A stretch of DNA of 64,000 nt from an uncultured Myxococcales bacterium (GTDB lineage: Bacteria > Myxococcota_A > UBA9042). Location of the stretch: NCBI GenBank assembly GCA_903840165.1, contig CAIMEY010000121.1:68738-132737 (forward strand), given 5' to 3'. Every line of letters begins with the position of its first letter. Position 1 is the first letter of the stretch. The notes under the pieces are model-generated. The model did not search any database and was not told the DNA's origin. It was given only the letters and a program-made list of their open reading frames with translations. Of this stretch, positions 1 through 10,258 are shown piece after piece. The position numbers and the translations under genes are program-made.

Positions 1-843
1 GCAACTGTCTTCGCCATCGGCAATGCCGTCGCCATCTTTGTCCGGGCAGCCGCGCAGCGCTGTGGTTCCAGCCACATCGGGGCAAGCGTCCTCAGCGTCG
101 ATGATGCCATCGTGGTCGCGGTCGGCCGGCGGCGGACAGCCTTGCAGTTCCTTGGTGCCAGCCACATCGGGGCAGTTGTCGGCGCCGTCGGGGATTCCGT
201 CGTGATCGCGGTCACTCTCGGCGACCTTGATGACGGGTGCCGGCTTGGGCTCGGGCTTGGGCTCGGGCTTCTTGGTGCCAAAGAAGATGTCGACGCCACC
301 GGTGATGCCCAAGTTCCAGGCGTTGGCCGCGTCAAAGCCGTCTGTCCACATCTCGCGCGCTTCGGCACGCAGCGCCAACCACGGCAGAATCAAGCCGCGA
401 ATACCAATGCCCGCGTGCACTTGTGGGTCGATGTCCTTGCCCAACGCACCACCGGTCGAGTGATAGGCGCCGAGGCCCGCGACCAGAAAGGGCGTCCAGT
501 TGCCGCTAGAGAGGTGGTACAGCACATCGACGTCGTAGCGAAACGCCTTGGTTTTGCCACCGGTGTCGGCCGTGATCGGCAGGTAACCGGCGCCAAGCTC
601 GACAGCCAAACGCTTGCCCACCTGGTAGCCCAAGCGCACCCCCATGTCGCCCGATGTCGTCGGCAACGGCCGGGGATCCAGCGCGACATTGCCCAAATCC
701 CAGTTGCGTTCAGGGAGATGGACGCCGCCAAAAAGGCCCAAGTACACTTCCTGCTCTGGATAATCGGCCAAGGCGGGCGCTGCGCACAGCAGGCTCGCGG
801 CGAGCAGGGAGAAAAAGTAACGGCGGAAAGCAACGGTGCGCAT
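1..843 (-). CDS. OmpA/OprF-like outer-membrane protein with beta-barrel and thrombospondin type-3 repeats (partial; 3' end runs off the window)
   Basis: Manual translation from ATG at 843 (absent from the ORF track because there is no stop in the window): signal peptide [26 protein letters not shown], barrel-like strands ([26 protein letters not shown]), a KPEPKPEPK linker, then D-x-D-x-DG-I-x-D-x-x-D-x-CP repeats. Confidence 0.85.
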   Translation of the reverse strand, partial: MRTVAFRRYFFSLLAASLLCAAPALADYPEQEVYLGLFGGVHLPERNWDLGNVALDPRPLPTTSGDMGVRLGYQVGKRLAVELGAGYLPITADTGGKTKAFRYDVDVLYHLSSGNWTPFLVAGLGAYHSTGGALGKDIDPQVHAGIGIRGLILPWLALRAEAREMWTDGFDAANAWNLGITGGVDIFFGTKKPEPKPEPKPAPVIKVAESDRDHDGIPDGADNCPDVAGTKELQGCPPPADRDHDGIIDAEDACPDVAGTTALRGCPDKDGDGIADGEDSC

Positions 844-1421
844 GCACGAACTCCAATGGATGAAAAGGCCAAAAGCGGCGTAGACGAAGCAAAGACGACT
901 AAGAGCGAGCCGGAAGGTGAATCGTTTTCAGGCTATGGACGGCCGGCAACGACAATGCAAGGCGGCGATGGCACGCGACAAGGCTGGCACTGGCGAGGCG
1001 GGTAGGAACCGCAAGGCCCCTGCCCCGGCTCGAATATTCCCGTGAACTGCCACGAAATTCCCGGATCCGCGCTTGGACTGGCAGCCACCTGGCTGATCAG
1101 CCCCATCCCTGCCGCTTTCGCCCCAAACTGCCTCCTCCTGCGGTCCCCCGTGGCCGATTGTCCCGGCGGCCGGGGCACCGTCAAGGATGGCTACGACAAC
1201 TACGCTAGAATCATTGGATTTTGACGTCTAGGCAGCGGTCCATCGGCGCTGACATCGCCTTGCGCAGGACGGGGCGCCGGATGGAGGGGCCATGACGGCG
1301 GGCTCACGTCGCCAGCAAGGTCTTGGCCAAAGGGCGCACGCGCGCCTCTCCCAGCCGCCTGAGCGACCGGTCTGGGGGCCCATGCTGCGTTGTGCGGGGG
1401 AGAGAGACACCGGCGATTTCG

Positions 1422-1769
1422 CTATTTGAACGGGCGCTTGGACCCACGCTTGGGCGCTGCGGCACGCACGGCATCGACGCGGAACTGCACGATTTGGGCA
1501 ATCAGGTCCACGGGAAAGGGCCTGTTGTGCGGGAACTGCACGGAACCCTTGGCATACTTGTAGGGCGCCAGCGCAGAGACAAACGCCGCGATGCCCGAGG
1601 CGGTCGGAAACAAGCCGATGTGGTGCTTGAACGCGGCAAAGTGGACCAGGTGCGCGCCGAGTAGGTCAAAGGTCGGGATGCCGTAGGACACGACCTCTAT
1701 CGCGTCGGGGGCTTGTTCACGCACAATTCCGCGGATTTGCTCGAGGCGTGCAGTTGCGTCATCGGCCAT
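1422..1769 (-). CDS. DUF1801/YdhG-like iron-chaperone family protein
   Basis: IREQAPDA-like helix, EVVSYGIPTF, HFAAFKHHIGLFP, KGSVQFP motifs; ATG at 1769. Confidence 0.8.
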   Translation of the reverse strand: MADDATARLEQIRGIVREQAPDAIEVVSYGIPTFDLLGAHLVHFAAFKHHIGLFPTASGIAAFVSALAPYKYAKGSVQFPHNRPFPVDLIAQIVQFRVDAVRAAAPKRGSKRPFK

Positions 1770-2192
1770 GGGCCCTCCAATCCATCGTCCGGCCCTGACC
1801 GCCGGCTGCGCCCTGATTCTGGGTCGGGAGCCCATTGGCGTCAAGAGCCCACGCTAGTCCTGCGCGAGGTAACCTCGGTTTCTGCAAGGCGAAACTGGCA
1901 GGTAATGCGCGAGGGATGTGGACTGCGGAGCAGCGGCGTCCGACGCCGTTTTCCGCCGCCTAGGCGGAAAATCCCAGCCCGGTCGCCGCTTCGGCGACGC
2001 GCCCCTATCACGCCTGATTTCATGTGGATCCGGGCGCAACGGCCTCAACGCGCCGAGCATCGCCAATTGGCGGTTCTGCGCCGCCCTTCCTTGCCGCCAA
2101 GTCGCCTTGACGCCCCGGGCAGCAAGGCGCAGTCTGGGCTTAGGCTGTTGAGGGGTCGGGAGCACCACGGCATCAACAATCGAGCGGCAGAA

Positions 2193-4793
2193 ATGGCGAT
2201 TCAGTCCAATCAAGTCGCCGGCAAAGGTGCCGCCAAGGGCCTAGCAGCCCCGCCATGCCCTGTTGTGGCCCTCGGAGCCTCCGCAGGCGGCCTAGAGGCT
2301 TACGAGGCCTTCTTTCGCGCTTGGCCTGCCGGGGGGGCCGCGGCCTTTGTCCTCATCAGCCACCTCGACCCAACGCATGTGAGCCTTCTCACTGAGATTG
2401 TGCAGCGAGTGACTGCCCTGCCGGTCGTAGAAGTGACCCAGGCCCTGCCGGTGCAGCCGGGCCACGTCTACGTGATTCCGCCCAATCGGGCCCTTACGAT
2501 TGCTCAAGGGGTTTTGCAGTTGACGCTGCCCAAGAAGCCGCGAGGACACCGCACGCCTATCGACGCGTTCTTTGCGACGCTGGCCAGTGATTTGGGGGAA
2601 CGTGCTGTAGGCATTGTCCTTTCTGGGAGCGGCAGTGACGGCACCTTGGGCCTGCGCGCCATCCGAGCTGCTGGCGGCCTGACCCTGGTGCAAGAGCCGA
2701 CGACGGCCAAGTACGATTCAATGCCACTTAGCGCAATTGCTGCGCAGTGTGCGATGCAGGTGCTGTCCATTGAAGCGATGGTGCCCGTGCTCCAAGCCCA
2801 CCTCAAGGCGCTGCCGCAGCGACTGTTGCCACCGCCGCTGCCGCCGCCGTCCCTACTGCCCGCCGATGGGATCGAGAGGCTGCTGAGCCTGCTCAAGTCC
2901 ATGACTGGCCATGATTTTCGCCTCTACAAGCAGAGTACCATTGCCCGGCGCATCGAAAGGCGGATGGGTCGCCACAACCTGACGGACTTGGACGTCTACG
3001 CGCGCTTTCTGCAGGAAAATCCTAGTGAAGCCAATGCGTTGCTGCGGGAAATGCTGATCAACGTGACCAGTTTCTTCCGCGATCCAGAGGTGTTTGTCGC
3101 GCTCAAACAAGAGGTTCTGCCTCTGCTTTTTGCCGACAAGCCCGACGACTACGTATTTCGCGTTTGGGTCGCGGGCTGCGCTACGGGCGAGGAGGCTTAC
3201 TCCATAGCGATGGTTCTGCGCGAATGGATGGAGGAATCGCACACGCATCGCCGAACGCAGATCTACGCCACAGACCTCGACGATGGGGCGATCGCCACGG
3301 CGCGGGCGGGTGTCTATCCCACGACCATTGTCGCCGACGTGACGCCAGAACGGTTGCAGCGCTTTTTCTTTAAACAAGACGGGGCCTTGCGCATCCACAA
3401 AGATATCCGCGAGATGATCGTATTTGCGGTGCAGGACGTGATCAAGGATCCGCCTTTTACCAAGCTTGACCTGCTCTCGTGTCGCAACCTCCTGATTTAC
3501 CTGGAGACATCGATGCAGAATCGGCTGCTGACGGTCTTTCACTACACGCTGCGGCCGGGTGGCGTGCTGCTGCTGTCGCCGTCTGAAAGCATTGGCAAGC
3601 ACAGCCACTTGTTTGCGCCGCAGAACCGTAAGTCTAAGTTTTATCGCGCCATTCATGGGATCCCTAACATTGGGTCTGCGCGCGAGGCAAGTCCCGCGTG
3701 GGCGCCGGACCTGACGCCACGGGTCGTCGATAATAGCGTCAAGAAGGACAAACTATTGAACTTCTCCGACATGACCAAGCGTTTGCTGCTTCAGTCCTAC
3801 GCGCCCGCCTCAGTCGTCGCTGATGTGCACGGCAACCTGCTGTTTGTCTATGGAGAAACCGGGCGTTACCTGAGACCGGCGCCCGGAGCGGCATCGCTGC
3901 AGTTGGTAGAAATGGCCCGCGACGGCTTGCAACTAGCTTTAAAAACTGCGATTCGCCGCGTAGCCGACCAGGACCAGCCGACCCTGGCCTAGCAAGTGGC
4001 GTATGAGGTCGACGGGCACCCACAGCGCGTGCTCTTGACCGTGCGCCCCTTGCATAGTGGCGAGGCGGTGACGCCCTATCTGCTGATTAGCTTTGAAGAA
4101 TCGGCCAGCCTGCCCAGCGATGAGAGCGCGGGGCTGACGCCCAATGCCGATTCCGCAACGGAACGCCGCCTTGGCACGCTGACCCGTGAACTGGCCTACA
4201 CGCGAGAGAACCTGCAGACGACGATCGAGAAGCAGCAAGTATTTAATGAGGAATTGCAATCGACCAACGAGGAACTGCAGTCCACCAATGAGGAACTGCA
4301 ATCGGCCAACGAGGAGCTGGAGACCTCCAAGGAAGAGCTGCAATCGGTCAATGAGGAACTGGTCTCGGTCAATGCGGAACTGCAGGCCAAGATCGAGCAA
4401 CTGGCGGCAATTCAGAGTGATATGAAGAACTTGCTTGACAACATCAGTGTGGGCGCGGTGTTCTTGGACCTGCAGTTGGCCATCCGCCGCTTTACGCGCG
4501 AGGCCGGGCAGATTTACCGGCTCGTCGCTACCGATGTGGGCAGGCCGTTGAGCGACATCAAGTCTGAGGTTGTTGGCGACCTACTTGTGGATCTACCTAA
4601 ACTTGTTCTAGAAACCAGAGAAGCTGTTGAGCGACACGTGCGCACGGGCAGTGGTGCTTTGTACCAGGTGCGGGTGCAGCCGTACCGAACGCTGGACAAT
4701 ATTGTGGACGGCGTGGTGCTCACTTTTGTCAATATTTCCGAGAGAATCGCTGGGCAGTCGGCCGAGGGACCAGGCCCTGTACCGGCGCGCTAG
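2193..4793 (+). pseudogene. CheB methylesterase-CheR methyltransferase-coiled coil-PAS fusion interrupted by one in-frame TAG (3990-3992)
   Basis: CheB triad motifs GASAGG, ISHLDP, GSGSDG; CheR motifs INVTSFFRD and VAGCATGEEAYS; ORF 3996-4793 continues in the same frame with NEELQST heptads and a PAS domain. Confidence 0.75.
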
Positions 4794-4938
4794 GGGACGG
4801 GAACGGGGAAGCCGTGGGGACGGCGACTGTAACGGAGCATGGGAAAGCAGATAGTATGCGCGCGGTCTCAATTTTATTGGAGATTGTGCGCCCTGCACCG
4901 GCTGGCTCCGAACTGGAGGGGGTGCGTATTGGGGGGCC

Positions 4939-7182
4939 ATGATGAACAGGGCGCGAAAACCCGACGATTCGGCCAGCGCTTTGGACAAAAAGGCGTTGCG
5001 CATTGCGGCCGAGGCAGCATGGCAGCCCGAGCCACTGCGAACGAACTTGCCGGACGACGCGGCGCTGCACCACGAGCTGCAGGTGCATCAGATTGAATTG
5101 CAGATGCAGAATGACTCGTTACGGGAGGCACAGACGGCGCTCGAAGAGGCCCGTGACCACTACGTCGACCTCTACGAGTTTGCCCCGGTGGGCTATTTGA
5201 CCCTCTCGAGGCAGGGGTACATTGTCGATATCAACTTAACTGGCGCAGGGTTACTGGCCCAGGACCGAGCGCAGCTGTGTAAGCGCCGCTTTAGCAACTG
5301 GATTGCGGCCAAATCGCGGGACCAGTGGTACCAGCACTTCCTGAAGACGCTAAACCGTCCAGGGAGAAATACCATTGAAATACAGTGCTTACAGCATGGA
5401 GAGATAGAGTTCTGGGCCGAACTGGACTGCGTCGCCAAGCAAGGGATGGATGGCAACAGCGTCATGCGTGTCACGCTGACGGACATCAGTGAACGCCGCT
5501 TGGCTCAAGAGGAATTGCGCATTGCCGCCATTGTCTTTCAATCCCATGAAGGCACAGTTGTCACGGACGCCAACGCTCAGATTTTGCGTGTGAATAATGC
5601 GTTCTGCCGCCTGACTGGCTACACGCCTGAGGAGGTGATTGGTCGCAATCCGTCGCTTTTGCAATCTGGCCGACATGACTCGTCTTTCTATACGCAAATG
5701 TGGCGACAGCTGGCAGAACATCGCTATTGGCAAGGGGAAGTCTGGAATCGGACCAAGACGGGCGAGGCCTATGCCGAGCGTTTGACCATTTCCGCCCTGG
5801 CCAATGACCACGGCAGCATCACGCATTATGTCGGCACCTTCTCGGACATCACCAAAGCGCTTGAATCAGAAGCGGAAATCGAGCGGCTGGGCCATTACGA
5901 TCCGCTGACTGGCCTGCCCAATCGGCGCTTGCTCTACGACAGAATCAACCAAAATCTCATACGGTTGCAGCGCACCACGAGCCACAGCGGCTTGCTATTC
6001 CTGGACCTCGATAACTTCAAGAACCTCAATGATACCCGTGGCCACGGCGTCGGAGATGAGCTCTTGATTGAGACCGCCAAGCGAATTCACGCCTGTATCC
6101 GCGAAAGTGACACGGTAGCGCGACTGGGCGGCGACGAGTTTGTCGTCCTGCTCTATGACCTGCCCATTGGCACCACCGACGCTGCGGTGCAGGCCACCCG
6201 CATTGCCCAAGAAATTCGCGTGGCTATCGCTGCCCCTTGGGCCTATGACGGGCAGGATCTGCGTTGCACGGCGAGCATTGGTGTGGTCCTCATCGACCAG
6301 CAACTGCATTCGGTCGAGACGCTGATCAAGCGCGCCGACATGGCCATGTACGAAGCCAAGCACCTGGGACGCAACACGATTCGCTTCTTTGACCCGACGA
6401 TGCAGACGGCGCTTGACGAGCGCGTTACCCTGGACGCTGAGCTACGAAAAGCCATTGTGGGCGAGGAGTTGCGCGTGCACTTCCAGCCTCAGGTCGATGC
6501 CCACCGCTGCGTCATCGGTGCGGAGGCATTGGTTCGCTGGGCGCATCCGCGGCTTGGTCTGGTGCAACCGCTTCAATTTATTGCACTTGCCGAAGAAACG
6601 GGGCAGATCTCAGCGCTGGGCGATTGGGTCCTGCGGCACGTATGCGCCCAACTGCGCATATGGGCAGAGATTCCGGCCCTGGCCAACATCGATGTCGCGG
6701 TCAATGTCAGCGTGCACCAGTTTCGCCAGCCGGACTTTGTCGACCGCGTGCGCGAAATCCTCGAAACGACGGGGGCCAAACCGCGACGGCTCAAGCTGGA
6801 ACTCACGGAAAGTGTTGTTGTTGATGAAGTCCCCGAGACCATTGCCCGGATGCAGGAACTCAAGGACCTCGGCATGCGCTTCTCAATGGATGATTTTGGC
6901 ACGGGATTCTCGTCCCTGACTTACCTCAAGCGCCTGCCCCTGGACCAAATCAAGATTGACCGCGCCTTTGTCAGCGACTTGGCCATGAATACAAGCGACG
7001 CTGCGATCGTCCAAACCATCATTACGATGGGCAAAACGCTGGGTCTGGACGTCATTGCCGAGGGCGTGGAAACCGAAGCGCAGTTGGCGTGCCTAGCCCA
7101 CTTCGGCTGCTTGAGCTATCAGGGCTACCTGTTCTCGCGCCCCCTGCCGACCGCGGAATTCGAAGCCTTTGTGATGGCTTAA
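4939..7182 (+). CDS. PAS-PAS-GGDEF-EAL diguanylate cyclase/phosphodiesterase
   Basis: HELQVHQIELQMQN coiled coil, two PAS domains, DPLTGLPNR, RLGGDEF, EALVRW, DDFGTGFSSL, EGVET. Confidence 0.95.
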   Translation: MMNRARKPDDSASALDKKALRIAAEAAWQPEPLRTNLPDDAALHHELQVHQIELQMQNDSLREAQTALEEARDHYVDLYEFAPVGYLTLSRQGYIVDINLTGAGLLAQDRAQLCKRRFSNWIAAKSRDQWYQHFLKTLNRPGRNTIEIQCLQHGEIEFWAELDCVAKQGMDGNSVMRVTLTDISERRLAQEELRIAAIVFQSHEGTVVTDANAQILRVNNAFCRLTGYTPEEVIGRNPSLLQSGRHDSSFYTQMWRQLAEHRYWQGEVWNRTKTGEAYAERLTISALANDHGSITHYVGTFSDITKALESEAEIERLGHYDPLTGLPNRRLLYDRINQNLIRLQRTTSHSGLLFLDLDNFKNLNDTRGHGVGDELLIETAKRIHACIRESDTVARLGGDEFVVLLYDLPIGTTDAAVQATRIAQEIRVAIAAPWAYDGQDLRCTASIGVVLIDQQLHSVETLIKRADMAMYEAKHLGRNTIRFFDPTMQTALDERVTLDAELRKAIVGEELRVHFQPQVDAHRCVIGAEALVRWAHPRLGLVQPLQFIALAEETGQISALGDWVLRHVCAQLRIWAEIPALANIDVAVNVSVHQFRQPDFVDRVREILETTGAKPRRLKLELTESVVVDEVPETIARMQELKDLGMRFSMDDFGTGFSSLTYLKRLPLDQIKIDRAFVSDLAMNTSDAAIVQTIITMGKTLGLDVIAEGVETEAQLACLAHFGCLSYQGYLFSRPLPTAEFEAFVMA

Positions 7183-7233
7183 CAGCGCAGTGCCCAAATC
7201 CCGCGTCAGCGCAGGATGATTGCTGCGTTAGGG

Positions 7234-7956
7234 CTACCGCTGGGCAAAAAGCGTCCGCCGCCAATTGGCCAATTCCTCAGGGTCGGTCGGCACTTTCTGC
7301 ACGAGCTCAGCACCAGCCAAGCGACCTCGCTGCACCGCCGGCCTTTGCTGCACCCGCTCGCTCCAAGCCTGAGTCAACGGAAATGCCTTGATATCTTGGT
7401 CATAGTTCTTCACCAAGCTCACCCATGGCCAGCAAGCCATATCGGCAATGCTGTAGTCGCCCGCGAGGAAGTCACGGTCGGCCAAGCGCCTTTCGAGAAC
7501 CCCAAGCAACCGCCCGACTTCACGCGTATATCGCTCAATCGCGTAGGGCACGGGCTCGGGCGCGTACAGCTTGAAATGCCCCGCCTGACCGCACATCGGC
7601 CCAAGACCGCCGACTTGCCAGTAAAGCCACTGCTCGACATCGACGCGTTGACGCTCGCTTGCGGGATAGAAAAGGCCAGTCTTTCTGCGGAGATACTGCA
7701 GAATGGCACCCGACTCAAACACCGAGATGGGCTGTCCGCCCGGGCCATTAGGGTCGACAATCACTGGAATGCGATGATTGGGGTTGAGGTGCAGGAATTC
7801 CGGCGTGAATTGGTGCCCTTGGCCGATGTTGACCGGCACGATGCGATAGGGTAGGCCCATTTCCTCCAAAGCAATCGCGATCTTCCAGCCGTTGGGGGTC
7901 GGCCAGTAGTGCAACTCAATGGGATCCTGCAGGGATTTCGCTTGCAGCTGTGTCAC
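7234..7956 (-). CDS. Glutathione S-transferase (YfcG/YghU-like)
   Basis: PTPNGWKI, LNPNHRIP, FESGAIL, YSIADMA motifs; AGGAG RBS overlaps the upstream stop. Confidence 0.92.
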   Translation of the reverse strand: MTQLQAKSLQDPIELHYWPTPNGWKIAIALEEMGLPYRIVPVNIGQGHQFTPEFLHLNPNHRIPVIVDPNGPGGQPISVFESGAILQYLRRKTGLFYPASERQRVDVEQWLYWQVGGLGPMCGQAGHFKLYAPEPVPYAIERYTREVGRLLGVLERRLADRDFLAGDYSIADMACWPWVSLVKNYDQDIKAFPLTQAWSERVQQRPAVQRGRLAGAELVQKVPTDPEELANWRRTLFAQR

Positions 7957-7965
7957 AGTCGACTC

Positions 7966-8748
7966 CTAGCGCCGGCGGCCAAAAAGTCGCAGCAAAAACA
8001 GGAACATATTGATGAAGTCGAGGTACAGCTGCAGGGCACCCATCAGCGCCATTTTGCGGTTCTCGTCCTCAGTCTGCGAACCCATAAAGCCAAGCTTGCG
8101 GAAACGTTGAACATCTACCGCCGTCAGCCCGGTGAAGATCAGGGCACCAAAGGCCGAGACGACAAAGTCCAAGGCGGTCGAATGTAAGAAGAAATTCAAG
8201 ACCATGGACGCCAAAATGGCCCAAACGCCCATCATCAGGAAGGAACCGATGCCGCTGAGGTCCTTCTTGGTGACGGCGCCAAATACGGCCATGCCGCCAA
8301 AGGCAAAGGCGGCGGTGAAGAAGGCGTTGGACACGGAAGCCGCTGTGTAAGCACTGACAATGACACCGATTGTCAAGCCATTGAGCGCCGAATAACCTAG
8401 AAACGCCGCCGTAGCCACCAAGGGCGACATGCGACGCAGCATCGCAGAAAGTCCCATAACAATAATGAGTTCTGCGATAGCAAACGCCATGAAGTGGCGG
8501 CCGACGGTCAGGTACAAGCCTTGATCGCTGAGGACCGCCCAGGCCGCGCCGCCCGAAACGAGTAAACCTGCGAACATCCAGGTGAAAACGCGATTGAGGA
8601 AGGCGCGGGCCATGGTTGTTCGGCCGGCCAGTTCTTCGTCCCCCATGTGCGCCAGCGGATCGCCAGCGCCGCGTTGGTTCCAGCCTGATCCCGCCCCGCC
8701 CAGTCCATCACGTTGATGTTGTTGGGAATTCCGATCTTGCCAAGCCAT
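7966..8748 (-). CDS. Bax inhibitor-1/YccA family membrane protein
   Basis: About 7 TM helices, KKDLSG motif and C-terminal ALQLYLDFINMFLFLLRL. Confidence 0.93.
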   Translation of the reverse strand: MAWQDRNSQQHQRDGLGGAGSGWNQRGAGDPLAHMGDEELAGRTTMARAFLNRVFTWMFAGLLVSGGAAWAVLSDQGLYLTVGRHFMAFAIAELIIVMGLSAMLRRMSPLVATAAFLGYSALNGLTIGVIVSAYTAASVSNAFFTAAFAFGGMAVFGAVTKKDLSGIGSFLMMGVWAILASMVLNFFLHSTALDFVVSAFGALIFTGLTAVDVQRFRKLGFMGSQTEDENRKMALMGALQLYLDFINMFLFLLRLFGRRR

Positions 8749-8849
8749 GTGCATCTCCGGCAGGCAAAAAAGTGGGCACCGATGGGTGTCCCTGTGCCTG
8801 TGGAACTCAGAGTAAGCCGCCCGTGCCAGCGGTCAAGCGGCCCGCGTAG

Positions 8850-10190
8850 CTACAGCGGCAATCCCTCGATATTTTTGGCAAATCCATAGCCTTCCCACAT
8901 GGCGTCTTCCATGGAGGCGTAGACCCAGCCGCCATAGCGTCCCAAGGAGGCGACCTTGCACGCCTGCAGGTAGTCGAGGCAAGTCTGCCTAGCGCCAAAG
9001 TAATTGCGGTCAAACACCACGTAGCCGTAGGCAATGTGGCGAACTTCTTCGACCTCGACCTCGGCATCGTCGCCTAGCCAATCGTGTTCACGGAGGAATT
9101 GCCGGACCGAAGCCTTGACCTCGTCATCGGATTGCGTAGCACCGGCAGCCACTTCCACGTACAAGCTCGATTTGCCCGGCGGGGCCAGACTCGGCACGGC
9201 GTTGGAAAAGGATCCCAAGCGGTAGAACGGGTACTTCGGCTCGGGCACGTACAACCACTGAATCGAATCAAGGACTTTCTCGCGGGCGATGCCGACCGAC
9301 AGGTAACGCAGCGAGGTGCAGCGCAGTTCGCTGCGCGCGGTTTGGACCAAGTCCGGCAAATCCTTTGTTAATCCAAGTAGATCTGGCAAGGGAACCGAGC
9401 TAAGGATCTCCTGCCAGGCGACGACCGTACCATCGCTAAGCTCAGCCGTCCTTGCCGCTAGATCAATAGCAACTGGCTGAGTATTTAAGCGAATCTTCTC
9501 CGCCGGCAAATGCGCGATGATGCCTTTGGCGAACGATTCAATGCCACCCTGCCGCGGATAGACGAAGGAGGCGTTGTAGCCCGCCTGATCATCAACGATT
9601 CCAAGGGCTCCGGCGACAATCTGCGACAGATTGGGCTTGGGAAGAAACCGCGCGCACCAATCGGGCGTGATTTCCTCAGGCGGACAGCCCCAGAGCTTGG
9701 TGTTGTAGGGCACCATGAAGCGCTCAGTAATGCCGCGACCGAAGCGCTGCATACAGAAATCGCGAAAGTCTGTAGGCGGTTGCAGCTCGCCGCGCGCTTG
9801 AGCCAGGGCTGCGTCAATGGCCGCTTGCACGCACTCGTGCACGACATCGAGGGGCAACCCATGAAGATTTTGCTGAAATGGGAACTGAGTCAGCACGCCG
9901 TGTGACCAGATGCGCGACTGGCGGTGGACCCGGACCATGGCGTCGCCCATGACGTCCTGGACAAACTGCTGCATTTGTGGGTGGCGCAGGTGCAGCCAAT
10001 GCCCTGTATGATCAAAGTGATAGCCATTGATCACTTCGGTCCGCGTTAGGCCCCCCAGGCGCGCCTCCCTCTCCACCAGGAGCCAATCCCCAGACTTTGC
10101 ATGGCCTTGACGGGCCTGCTGCTCCAAGAAATACGCGCCGCTGAGACCGGTGAGACCGCCGCCGAGGATGAGCGTGTGAACTTTGAGCAC
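8850..10190 (-). CDS. FAD-dependent oxidoreductase (protoporphyrinogen oxidase/UDP-galactopyranose mutase-like superfamily)
   Basis: GGGLTG dinucleotide motif, ER...LGGL, FDHTGHWLH, YNTKLWG, GRYGGWVY; GTG start after AGAGG. Confidence 0.8.
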   Translation of the reverse strand: MLKVHTLILGGGLTGLSGAYFLEQQARQGHAKSGDWLLVEREARLGGLTRTEVINGYHFDHTGHWLHLRHPQMQQFVQDVMGDAMVRVHRQSRIWSHGVLTQFPFQQNLHGLPLDVVHECVQAAIDAALAQARGELQPPTDFRDFCMQRFGRGITERFMVPYNTKLWGCPPEEITPDWCARFLPKPNLSQIVAGALGIVDDQAGYNASFVYPRQGGIESFAKGIIAHLPAEKIRLNTQPVAIDLAARTAELSDGTVVAWQEILSSVPLPDLLGLTKDLPDLVQTARSELRCTSLRYLSVGIAREKVLDSIQWLYVPEPKYPFYRLGSFSNAVPSLAPPGKSSLYVEVAAGATQSDDEVKASVRQFLREHDWLGDDAEVEVEEVRHIAYGYVVFDRNYFGARQTCLDYLQACKVASLGRYGGWVYASMEDAMWEGYGFAKNIEGLPL

Positions 10191-10258
10191 GTGACCCCCA
10201 TTTCCTCTTTGTGATACAGAGCTTAGACCTTTGGTATACAAGCCTGCTTGGACCCCAA

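Noticed and set aside
112-1005. 297-aa plus-strand ORF
   Set aside because: It is the antisense shadow of the OmpA-like gene.
3990-3992. Genome-wide amber recoding or pyrrolysine
   Set aside because: Many conserved genes here (tyrS, argF, pdxH) end normally at TAG, and no pyl genes were seen.
4245-4385. 21-bp DNA periodicity
   Set aside because: It is explained by the standard NEELQST coiled-coil heptads of CheB/CheR fusions.
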